Positions 52,801-64,000 of a stretch of 64,000 nt of DNA are shown here, in pieces. Each line of letters begins with the position of its first letter. The stretch's first letter is position 1. The translations under genes were made by a program, and so were the position numbers. Under the pieces are notes generated by a model. It saw only the letters and a program-made list of their open reading frames with translations, did no database searches and was not told the DNA's origin. This DNA comes from the human T2T-CHM13v2.0 reference genome, Homo sapiens. The stretch lies in the NCBI RefSeq assembly GCF_009914755.1, contig NC_060942.1. One strand, given 5' to 3'.

Positions 52801-55800
52801 GAATCTGCAAGAGTATATTTGCCTAGCCTTGAGGATTTCGTTGGAAACGGGATTGTCTTCAGAGAAAATCTAGACAGAAGCATTCTCAGAAACTTCTTTG
52901 GGATGCTTGCATTCAAGTCACAGAGTAGAACATTCCCTTTGGTAGAGCAGGTTTGAAACACTCTTTTTGTAGTATCTGGAAGTGGACATTTGGAGCGCTT
53001 TCAGGCCTACGTTGGAAAAGGAAATATCTTCCCATAACAACTAGACAGAAGCATTCTCAGAAACTAGTTTCTGATGTGTGTCCTCAACTAACACAGTTGA
53101 ACATTTCTTTAGACAGAACAGTTTTGAAACACTCTTTTTGTGGAATCTGCAAGTGGCTATTTGGCTAGATTTGAGGATTTCGTTGGAAACGGGATTACAT
53201 ATAAAAAGCAGTCAGCGGCATTCTCAGAAAGTTCTTTGTGATGATTGCATTCAAGTCACAGAATTGAACATTCCCTTTCACAGAGCAGGTTTGAAACACT
53301 CTTTTTGTAGTGTGTGTAAGTGGACATTTGGAGCACTTACCGGCCTAAGGTGAAAAAGGAAATATCTTCCCATAAAAACTAGACAGAAGCATTCTCAGAA
53401 ACTTACTCGTGATGTGTGTCCTCAACTAAAGGAGTAGAACCTTTCTTTTCATAGAGAAGTTTTGAAACGCTCTTTTTGTGGAATCTGCAAGTGGATATTT
53501 GGCTAGTTTTGAGGATTTCGTTGGAAGCGGGAATTCATACAAATTGCAGACTGCAGCGTTCTGAGAAACATCTTTGTGATGTTTGTATTCAGGACACAGA
53601 GTTGAACATTCCCTATCATAGAGCAGGTTTGAATCACTCCTTTTGTAGTATCTGGAAGTGGACATTTGGAGCGCTTTCAGGCCTATGTTGGAAAAGGAAA
53701 TATCTTCCCATAACAACTAGACAGAAGCATTCTCAGAAACTTATTTGAGATGTGTGTACTCAACTAAGAGAATTGAACCACCGTTTTGAAGGAGCAGTTT
53801 TGAAACTCTCTTTTTCTGGAATCTGCAAGTGGATATTTGGCTAGCTTTGGGGATTTCGCTGGAAGCGGGAATACATATAAAAAGCACACAGCAGCGTTCT
53901 GAGAAACTGCTTTCTGATGTTTGCATTCAAGTCAAAAGTTGAACACTCCCTTTCATAGAGCAGTCCTGAAACACCCCTTTTGTAGTATCTGGAACTGGAC
54001 TTTTGGAGCGATTTCAGGGCTAAGGTGAAAAAGGAAATATCTTCCCATAAAAACTGGACAGAAGCATTCTCAGAAACTTGTTTATGCTGTATCTACTCAA
54101 CTAACAAAGTTGAACCTTTCTTTTGATAGAGCAGTTTTGAAATGGTCTTTTTGTGGAATCTGCAAGTGGATATTTGGCTAGTTTTGAGGATTTCGTTGGA
54201 AGCGGGAATTCATACAAATTGCAGACTGCAGCGTTCTGAGAAACATCTTTGTGATGTTTGTATTCAGGACACAGAGTTGAACATTCCCTATCATAGAGCA
54301 GGTTGGAATCACTCCTTTTGTAGTATCTGGAAGTGGACATTTGGAGCGCTTTCAGGCCTATTTTGGAAAGGGAAATATCTTCCCGTAACAACTATGCAGA
54401 AGCATTCTCAGAAACTTGTTTGTGATGTGTGCCCTCTACTGACAGAGTTGAACCTTTCTTTTCATAGAGCAGTTTTGAAACACTCTTTTTGTAGAATCTG
54501 CAAGAGGATATTTGCATAGCTTTGAGGATTTCGTGGGAAACGGGATTGTCTTCAGGTAAAATCTAGACAGAAGCATTCTCAGAAACTTCTTTGGGATGTT
54601 TGCATTCAAGTCACAGAGTAGAACATTCCCTTTGGTAGAGCAGGTTTGAAACACTCTTTTTGTAGTATCTGGAAGTGGACATTTGGAGCGCTTTCAGGCC
54701 CATGTTGGAAAGGGAAATATCTTCCCGTAACAACTAGGCAGAAGCATTCTCAGAAACTTATTTGAGATGTGTGTACTCAACTAAGAGAATTGAACCACCG
54801 TTTTGAAGGAGCAGTTTTGAAACACTCTTTTTCTGGAATCTGCAAGAGTATATTTGCCTAGCCTTGAGGATTTCGTTGGAAACGGGATTGTCTTCAGAGA
54901 AAATCTAGACAGAAGCATTCTCAGAAACTTCTTTGGGATGCTTGCATTCAAGTCACAGAGTAGAACATTCCCTTTGGTAGAGCAGGTTTGAAACACTCTT
55001 TTTGTAGTATCTGGAAGTGGACATTTGGAGCGCTTTCAGGCCTACGTTGGAAAAGGAAATATCTTCCCATAACAACTAGACAGAAGCATTCTCAGAAACT
55101 AGTTTCTGATGTGTGTCCTCAACTAACACAGTTGAACATTTCTTTAGACAGAACAGTTTTGAAACACTCTTTTTGTGGAATCTGCAAGTGGCTATTTGGC
55201 TAGATTTGAGGATTTCGTTGGAAACGGGATTACATATAAAAAGCAGTCAGCGGCATTCTCAGAAAGTTCTTTGTGATGATTGCATTCAAGTCACAGAATT
55301 GAACATTCCCTTTCACAGAGCAGGTTTGAAACACTCTTTTTGTAGTGTGTGTAAGTGGACATTTGGAGCACTTACCGGCCTAAGGTGAAAAAGGAAATAT
55401 CTTCCCATAAAAACTAGACAGAAGCATTCTCAGAAACTTACTCGTGATGTGTGTCCTCAACTAAAGGAGTAGAACCTTTCTTTTCATAGAGAAGTTTTGA
55501 AACGCTCTTTTTGTGGAATCTGCAAGTGGATATTTGGCTAGTTTTGAGGATTTCGTTGGAAGCGGGAATTCATACAAATTGCAGACTGCAGCGTTCTGAG
55601 AAACATCTTTGTGATGTTTGTATTCAGGACACAGAGTTGAACATTCCCTATCATAGAGCAGGTTTGAATCACTCCTTTTGTAGTATCTGGAAGTGGACAT
55701 TTGGAGCGCTTTCAGGCCTATGTTGGAAAAGGAAATATCTTCCCATAACAACTAGACAGAAGCATTCTCAGAAACTTATTTGAGATGTGTGTACTCAACT

Positions 55801-58800
55801 AAGAGAATTGAACCACCGTTTTGAAGGAGCAGTTTTGAAACTCTCTTTTTCTGGAATCTGCAAGTGGATATTTGGCTAGCTTTGGGGATTTCGCTGGAAG
55901 CGGGAATACATATAAAAAGCACACAGCAGCGTTCTGAGAAACTGCTTTCTGATGTTTGCATTCAAGTCAAAAGTTGAACACTCCCTTTCATAGAGCAGTC
56001 CTGAAACACCCCTTTTGTAGTATCTGGAACTGGACTTTTGGAGCGATTTCAGGGCTAAGGTGAAAAAGGAAATATCTTCCCATAAAAACTGGACAGAAGC
56101 ATTCTCAGAAACTTGTTTATGCTGTATCTACTCAACTAACAAAGTTGAACCTTTCTTTTGATAGAGCAGTTTTGAAATGGTCTTTTTGTGGAATCTGCAA
56201 GTGGATATTTGGCTAGTTTTGAGGATTTCGTTGGAAGCGGGAATTCATACAAATTGCAGACTGCAGCGTTCTGAGAAACATCTTTGTGATGTTTGTATTC
56301 AGGACACAGAGTTGAACATTCCCTATCATAGAGCAGGTTGGAATCACTCCTTTTGTAGTATCTGGAAGTGGACATTTGGAGCGCTTTCAGGCCTATTTTG
56401 GAAAGGGAAATATCTTCCCGTAACAACTATGCAGAAGCATTCTCAGAAACTTGTTTGTGATGTGTGCCCTCTACTGACAGAGTTGAACCTTTCTTTTCAT
56501 AGAGCAGTTTTGAAACACTCTTTTTGTAGAATCTGCAAGAGGATATTTGCATAGCTTTGAGGATTTCGTGGGAAACGGGATTGTCTTCAGGTAAAATCTA
56601 GACAGAAGCATTCTCAGAAACTTCTTTGGGATGTTTGCATTCAAGTCACAGAGTAGAACATTCCCTTTGGTAGAGCAGGTTTGAAACACTCTTTTTGTAG
56701 TATCTGGAAGTGGACATTTGGAGCGCTTTCAGGCCCATGTTGGAAAGGGAAATATCTTCCCGTAACAACTAGGCAGAAGCATTCTCAGAAACTTATTTGA
56801 GATGTGTGTACTCAACTAAGAGAATTGAACCACCGTTTTGAAGGAGCAGTTTTGAAACACTCTTTTTCTGGAATCTGCAAGAGTATATTTGCCTAGCCTT
56901 GAGGATTTCGTTGGAAACGGGATTGTCTTCAGAGAAAATCTAGACAGAAGCATTCTCAGAAACTTCTTTGGGATGCTTGCATTCAAGTCACAGAGTAGAA
57001 CATTCCCTTTGGTAGAGCAGGTTTGAAACACTCTTTTTGTAGTATCTGGAAGTGGACATTTGGAGCGCTTTCAGGCCTACGTTGGAAAAGGAAATATCTT
57101 CCCATAACAACTAGACAGAAGCATTCTCAGAAACTAGTTTCTGATGTGTGTCCTCAACTAACACAGTTGAACATTTCTTTAGACAGAACAGTTTTGAAAC
57201 ACTCTTTTTGTGGAATCTGCAAGTGGCTATTTGGCTAGATTTGAGGATTTCGTTGGAAACGGGATTACATATAAAAAGCAGTCAGCGGCATTCTCAGAAA
57301 GTTCTTTGTGATGATTGCATTCAAGTCACAGAATTGAACATTCCCTTTCACAGAGCAGGTTTGAAACACTCTTTTTGTAGTGTGTGTAAGTGGACATTTG
57401 GAGCACTTACCGGCCTAAGGTGAAAAAGGAAATATCTTCCCATAAAAACTAGACAGAAGCATTCTCAGAAACTTACTCGTGATGTGTGTCCTCAACTAAA
57501 GGAGTAGAACCTTTCTTTTCATAGAGAAGTTTTGAAACGCTCTTTTTGTGGAATCTGCAAGTGGATATTTGGCTAGTTTTGAGGATTTCGTTGGAAGCGG
57601 GAATTCATACAAATTGCAGACTGCAGCGTTCTGAGAAACATCTTTGTGATGTTTGTATTCAGGACACAGAGTTGAACATTCCCTATCATAGAGCAGGTTT
57701 GAATCACTCCTTTTGTAGTATCTGGAAGTGGACATTTGGAGCGCTTTCAGGCCTATGTTGGAAAAGGAAATATCTTCCCATAACAACTAGACAGAAGCAT
57801 TCTCAGAAACTTATTTGAGATGTGTGTACTCAACTAAGAGAATTGAACCACCGTTTTGAAGGAGCAGTTTTGAAACTCTCTTTTTCTGGAATCTGCAAGT
57901 GGATATTTGGCTAGCTTTGGGGATTTCGCTGGAAGCGGGAATACATATAAAAAGCACACAGCAGCGTTCTGAGAAACTGCTTTCTGATGTTTGCATTCAA
58001 GTCAAAAGTTGAACACTCCCTTTCATAGAGCAGTCCTGAAACACCCCTTTTGTAGTATCTGGAACTGGACTTTTGGAGCGATTTCAGGGCTAAGGTGAAA
58101 AAGGAAATATCTTCCCATAAAAACTGGACAGAAGCATTCTCAGAAACTTGTTTATGCTGTATCTACTCAACTAACAAAGTTGAACCTTTCTTTTGATAGA
58201 GCAGTTTTGAAATGGTCTTTTTGTGGAATCTGCAAGTGGATATTTGGCTAGTTTTGAGGATTTCGTTGGAAGCGGGAATTCATACAAATTGCAGACTGCA
58301 GCGTTCTGAGAAACATCTTTGTGATGTTTGTATTCAGGACACAGAGTTGAACATTCCCTATCATAGAGCAGGTTGGAATCACTCCTTTTGTAGTATCTGG
58401 AAGTGGACATTTGGAGCGCTTTCAGGCCTATTTTGGAAAGGGAAATATCTTCCCGTAACAACTATGCAGAAGCATTCTCAGAAACTTGTTTGTGATGTGT
58501 GCCCTCTACTGACAGAGTTGAACCTTTCTTTTCATAGAGCAGTTTTGAAACACTCTTTTTGTAGAATCTGCAAGAGGATATTTGCATAGCTTTGAGGATT
58601 TCGTGGGAAACGGGATTGTCTTCAGGTAAAATCTAGACAGAAGCATTCTCAGAAACTTCTTTGGGATGTTTGCATTCAAGTCACAGAGTAGAACATTCCC
58701 TTTGGTAGAGCAGGTTTGAAACACTCTTTTTGTAGTATCTGGAAGTGGACATTTGGAGCGCTTTCAGGCCCATGTTGGAAAGGGAAATATCTTCCCGTAA

Positions 58801-61800
58801 CAACTAGGCAGAAGCATTCTCAGAAACTTATTTGAGATGTGTGTACTCAACTAAGAGAATTGAACCACCGTTTTGAAGGAGCAGTTTTGAAACACTCTTT
58901 TTCTGGAATCTGCAAGAGTATATTTGCCTAGCCTTGAGGATTTCGTTGGAAACGGGATTGTCTTCAGAGAAAATCTAGACAGAAGCATTCTCAGAAACTT
59001 CTTTGGGATGCTTGCATTCAAGTCACAGAGTAGAACATTCCCTTTGGTAGAGCAGGTTTGAAACACTCTTTTTGTAGTATCTGGAAGTGGACATTTGGAG
59101 CGCTTTCAGGCCTACGTTGGAAAAGGAAATATCTTCCCATAACAACTAGACAGAAGCATTCTCAGAAACTAGTTTCTGATGTGTGTCCTCAACTAACACA
59201 GTTGAACATTTCTTTAGACAGAACAGTTTTGAAACACTCTTTTTGTGGAATCTGCAAGTGGCTATTTGGCTAGATTTGAGGATTTCGTTGGAAACGGGAT
59301 TACATATAAAAAGCAGTCAGCGGCATTCTCAGAAAGTTCTTTGTGATGATTGCATTCAAGTCACAGAATTGAACATTCCCTTTCACAGAGCAGGTTTGAA
59401 ACACTCTTTTTGTAGTGTGTGTAAGTGGACATTTGGAGCACTTACCGGCCTAAGGTGAAAAAGGAAATATCTTCCCATAAAAACTAGACAGAAGCATTCT
59501 CAGAAACTTACTCGTGATGTGTGTCCTCAACTAAAGGGGTAGAACCTTTCTTTTCATAGAGAAGTTTTGAAACGCTCTTTTTGTGGAATCTGCAAGTGGA
59601 TATTTGGCTAGTTTTGAGGATTTCGTTGGAAGCGGGAATTCATACAAATTGCAGACTGCAGCGTTCTGAGAAACATCTTTGTGATGTTTGTATTCAGGAC
59701 ACAGAGTTGAACATTCCCTATCATAGAGCAGGTTTGAATCACTCCTTTTGTAGTATCTGGAAGTGGACATTTGGAGCGCTTTCAGGCCTATGTTGGAAAA
59801 GGAAATATCTTCCCATAACAACTAGACAGAAGCATTCTCAGAAACTTATTTGAGATGTGTGTACTCAACTAAGAGAATTGAACCACCGTTTTGAAGGAGC
59901 AGTTTTGAAACTCTCTTTTTCTGGAATCTGCAAGTGGATATTTGGCTAGCTTTGGGGATTTCGCTGGAAGCGGGAATACATATAAAAAGCACACAGCAGC
60001 GTTCTGAGAAACTGCTTTCTGATGTTTGCATTCAAGTCAAAAGTTGAACACTCCCTTTCATAGAGCAGTCCTGAAACACCCCTTTTGTAGTATCTGGAAC
60101 TGGACTTTTGGAGCGATTTCAGGGCTAAGGTGAAAAAGGAAATATCTTCCCATAAAAACTGGACAGAAGCATTCTCAGAAACTTGTTTATGCTGTATCTA
60201 CTCAACTAACAAAGTTGAACCTTTCTTTTGATAGAGCAGTTTTGAAATGGTCTTTTTGTGGAATCTGCAAGTGGATATTTGGCTAGTTTTGAGGATTTCG
60301 TTGGAAGCGGGAATTCATACAAATTGCAGACTGCAGCGTTCTGAGAAACATCTTTGTGATGTTTGTATTCAGGACACAGAGTTGAACATTCCCTATCATA
60401 GAGCAGGTTGGAATCACTCCTTTTGTAGTATCTGGAAGTGGACATTTGGAGCGCTTTCAGGCCTATTTTGGAAAGGGAAATATCTTCCCGTAACAACTAT
60501 GCAGAAGCATTCTCAGAAACTTGTTTGTGATGTGTGCCCTCTACTGACAGAGTTGAACCTTTCTTTTCATAGAGCAGTTTTGAAACACTCTTTTTGTAGA
60601 ATCTGCAAGAGGATATTTGCATAGCTTTGAGGATTTCGTGGGAAACGGGATTGTCTTCAGGTAAAATCTAGACAGAAGCATTCTCAGAAACTTCTTTGGG
60701 ATGTTTGCATTCAAGTCACAGAGTAGAACATTCCCTTTGGTAGAGCAGGTTTGAAACACTCTTTTTGTAGTATCTGGAAGTGGACATTTGGAGCGCTTTC
60801 AGGCCCATGTTGGAAAGGGAAATATCTTCCCGTAACAACTAGGCAGAAGCATTCTCAGAAACTTATTTGAGATGTGTGTACTCAACTAAGAGAATTGAAC
60901 CACCGTTTTGAAGGAGCAGTTTTGAAACACTCTTTTTCTGGAATCTGCAAGAGTATATTTGCCTAGCCTTGAGGATTTCGTTGGAAACGGGATTGTCTTC
61001 AGAGAAAATCTAGACAGAAGCATTCTCAGAAACTTCTTTGGGATGCTTGCATTCAAGTCACAGAGTAGAACATTCCCTTTGGTAGAGCAGGTTTGAAACA
61101 CTCTTTTTGTAGTATCTGGAAGTGGACATTTGGAGCGCTTTCAGGCCTACGTTGGAAAAGGAAATATCTTCCCATAACAACTAGACAGAAGCATTCTCAG
61201 AAACTAGTTTCTGATGTGTGTCCTCAACTAACACAGTTGAACATTTCTTTAGACAGAACAGTTTTGAAACACTCTTTTTGTGGAATCTGCAAGTGGCTAT
61301 TTGGCTAGATTTGAGGATTTCGTTGGAAACGGGATTACATATAAAAAGCAGTCAGCGGCATTCTCAGAAAGTTCTTTGTGATGATTGCATTCAAGTCACA
61401 GAATTGAACATTCCCTTTCACAGAGCAGGTTTGAAACACTCTTTTTGTAGTGTGTGTAAGTGGACATTTGGAGCACGTACCGGCCTAAGGTGAAAAAGGA
61501 AATATCTTCCCATAAAAACTAGACAGAAGCATTCTCAGAAACTTACTCGTGATGTGTGTCCTCAACTAAAGGAGTAGAACCTTTCTTTTCATAGAGAAGT
61601 TTTGAAACGCTCTTTTTGTGGAATCTGCAAGTGGATATTTGGCTAGTTTTGAGGATTTCGTTGGAAGCGGGAATTCATACAAATTGCAGACTGCAGCGTT
61701 CTGAGAAACATCTTTGTGATGTTTGTATTCAGGACACAGAGTTGAACATTCCCTATCATAGAGCAGGTTTGAATCACTCCTTTTGTAGTATCTGGAAGTG

Positions 61801-64000
61801 GACATTTGGAGCGCTTTCAGGCCTATGTTGGAAAAGGAAATATCTTCCCATAACAACTAGACAGAAGCATTCTCAGAAACTTATTTGAGATGTGTGTACT
61901 CAACTAAGAGAATTGAACCACCGTTTTGAAGGAGCAGTTTTGAAACTCTCTTTTTCTGGAATCTGCAAGTGGATATTTGGCTAGCTTTGGGGATTTCGCT
62001 GGAAGCGGGAATACATATAAAAAGCACACAGCAGCGTTCTGAGAAACTGCTTTCTGATGTTTGCATTCAAGTCAAAAGTTGAACACTCCCTTTCATAGAG
62101 CAGTCCTGAAACACCCCTTTTGTAGTATCTGGAACTGGACTTTTGGAGCGATTTCAGGGCTAAGGTGAAAAAGGAAATATCTTCCCATAAAAACTGGACA
62201 GAAGCATTCTCAGAAACTTGTTTATGCTGTATCTACTCAACTAACAAAGTTGAACCTTTCTTTTGATAGAGCAGTTTTGAAATGGTCTTTTTGTGGAATC
62301 TGCAAGTGGATATTTGGCTAGTTTTGAGGATTTCGTTGGAAGCGGGAATTCATACAAATTGCAGACTGCAGCGTTCTGAGAAACATCTTTGTGATGTTTG
62401 TATTCAGGACACAGAGTTGAACATTCCCTATCATAGAGCAGGTTGGAATCACTCCTTTTGTAGTATCTGGAAGTGGACATTTGGAGCGCTTTCAGGCCTA
62501 TTTTGGAAAGGGAAATATCTTCCCGTAACAACTATGCAGAAGCATTCTCAGAAACTTGTTTGTGATGTGTGCCCTCTACTGACAGAGTTGAACCTTTCTT
62601 TTCATAGAGCAGTTTTGAAACACTCTTTTTGTAGAATCTGCAAGAGGATATTTGCATAGCTTTGAGGATTTCGTGGGAAACGGGATTGTCTTCAGGTAAA
62701 ATCTAGACAGAAGCATTCTCAGAAACTTCTTTGGGATGTTTGCATTCAAGTCACAGAGTAGAACATTCCCTTTGGTAGAGCAGGTTTGAAACACTCTTTT
62801 TGTAGTATCTGGAAGTGGACATTTGGAGCGCTTTCAGGCCCATGTTGGAAAGGGAAATATCTTCCCGTAACAACTAGGCAGAAGCATTCTCAGAAACTTA
62901 TTTGAGATGTGTGTACTCAACTAAGAGAATTGAACCACCGTTTTGAAGGAGCAGTTTTGAAACACTCTTTTTCTGGAATCTGCAAGAGTATATTTGCCTA
63001 GCCTTGAGGATTTCGTTGGAAACGGGATTGTCTTCAGAGAAAATCTAGACAGAAGCATTCTCAGAAACTTCTTTGGGATGCTTGCATTCAAGTCACAGAG
63101 TAGAACATTCCCTTTGGTAGAGCAGGTTTGAAACACTCTTTTTGTAGTATCTGGAAGTGGACATTTGGAGCGCTTTCAGGCCTACGTTGGAAAAGGAAAT
63201 ATCTTCCCATAACAACTAGACAGAAGCATTCTCAGAAACTAGTTTCTGATGTGTGTCCTCAACTAACACAGTTGAACATTTCTTTAGACAGAACAGTTTT
63301 GAAACACTCTTTTTGTGGAATCTGCAAGTGGCTATTTGGCTAGATTTGAGGATTTCGTTGGAAACGGGATTACATATAAAAAGCAGTCAGCGGCATTCTC
63401 AGAAAGTTCTTTGTGATGATTGCATTCAAGTCACAGAATTGAACATTCCCTTTCACAGAGCAGGTTTGAAACACTCTTTTTGTAGTGTGTGTAAGTGGAC
63501 ATTTGGAGCACTTACCGGCCTAAGGTGAAAAAGGAAATATCTTCCCATAAAAACTAGACAGAAGCATTCTCAGAAACTTACTCGTGATGTGTGTCCTCAA
63601 CTAAAGGAGTAGAACCTTTCTTTTCATAGAGAAGTTTTGAAACGCTCTTTTTGTGGAATCTGCAAGTGGATATTTGGCTAGTTTTGAGGATTTCGTTGGA
63701 AGCGGGAATTCATACAAATTGCAGACTGCAGCGTTCTGAGAAACATCTTTGTGATGTTTGTATTCAGGACACAGAGTTGAACATTCCCTATCATAGAGCA
63801 GGTTTGAATCACTCCTTTTGTAGTATCTGGAAGTGGACATTTGGAGCGCTTTCAGGCCTATGTTGGAAAAGGAAATATCTTCCCATAACAACTAGACAGA
63901 AGCATTCTCAGAAACTTATTTGAGATGTGTGTACTCAACTAAGAGAATTGAACCACCGTTTTGAAGGAGCAGTTTTGAAACTCTCTTTTTCTGGAATCTG

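Larger units (their letters stand above)
1..64000 (+). repeat. Centromeric alpha-satellite HOR array, 12-mer (2036/2035 bp), ~31.4 copies; probably human chr18 D18Z1 (S2C18H1L, SF2)
   Basis: Monomers of ~171 bp carry alphoid hallmarks (CATTCTCAGAAAC, TTTGAAACACTCTTTTTGT, GGACATTTGGAGCGCTTT). The sequence recurs at 2036/2035 bp: the same ORF starts at 20, 2056, 4092 ... 61093, 63128. HOR starts are 1, 2037, 4073, 6109, 8145, 10181, 12217, 14253, 16289, 18325, 20361, 22397, 24433, 26469, 28505, 30541, 32577, 34613, 36649, 38684, 40720, 42756, 44792, 46828, 48863, 50899, 52934, 54969, 57004, 59039, 61074 and 63109 (partial). Alpha-satellite identity is near certain. The chr18 call (~0.85) rests on recalled knowledge: a dimeric 12-mer with ~0.68 and ~1.36 kb EcoRI units. 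Confidence 0.97.

Noticed and set aside
20-63923. About 280 short ORFs (61-125 aa) on both strands
   Set aside because: They are chance frames in satellite DNA. They recur with the HOR period, overlap on opposite strands, often begin at TTG/GTG, and show no recognisable domain or gene structure. Such peptides are typical alphoid mistranslations.
1-64000. CRISPR-like or other repeat-spacer system (conserved motifs at regular spacing)
   Set aside because: Intervening sequences are homologous monomers repeated every 2036 bp, not unique spacers. There is no leader and no cas genes.
1-64000. Assignment to chrX DXZ1, also a 12-mer of ~2.0 kb
   Set aside because: DXZ1 is pentamer-based (SF3, about 2057 bp, typically with a BamHI site) with irregular CENP-B box placement. 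This array is strictly dimeric, is 2035/2036 bp, and I saw no GGATCC in the unit.
1-64000. L1/Alu insertion, inversion or truncated HOR
   Set aside because: The period is constant at 2036/2035 bp throughout, so there is no room for inserted, inverted or deleted segments.

Overview
The whole 64-kb window is one uninterrupted, head-to-tail array of primate centromeric alpha satellite. It holds about 31.4 copies of a 12-monomer higher-order repeat (HOR) of 2036 or 2035 bp, all in the same orientation. Monomers alternate between a CENP-B-box type and a pJalpha/A-box type. Two EcoRI sites per HOR split it into 675 and ~1361 bp pieces. This architecture best fits the active array of human chromosome 18 (D18Z1 / S2C18H1L, suprachromosomal family 2); the assignment is from recalled properties, not a database search. 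I found no genes, RNA genes, transposons, inversions or truncated HORs, and the ORF track consists of chance frames recurring with the repeat period. I found no new gene-level system. The real information is in the fine structure: a mosaic of near-identical internal segments within the HOR, about 15 variant sites that I detected by eye and that define left, middle and right haplotype layers, apparent gene-conversion or recombinant copies, a weak ~5-HOR super-period, and one CENP-B box destroyed by a CpG>TpG change. HOR copies are numbered from window position 1.
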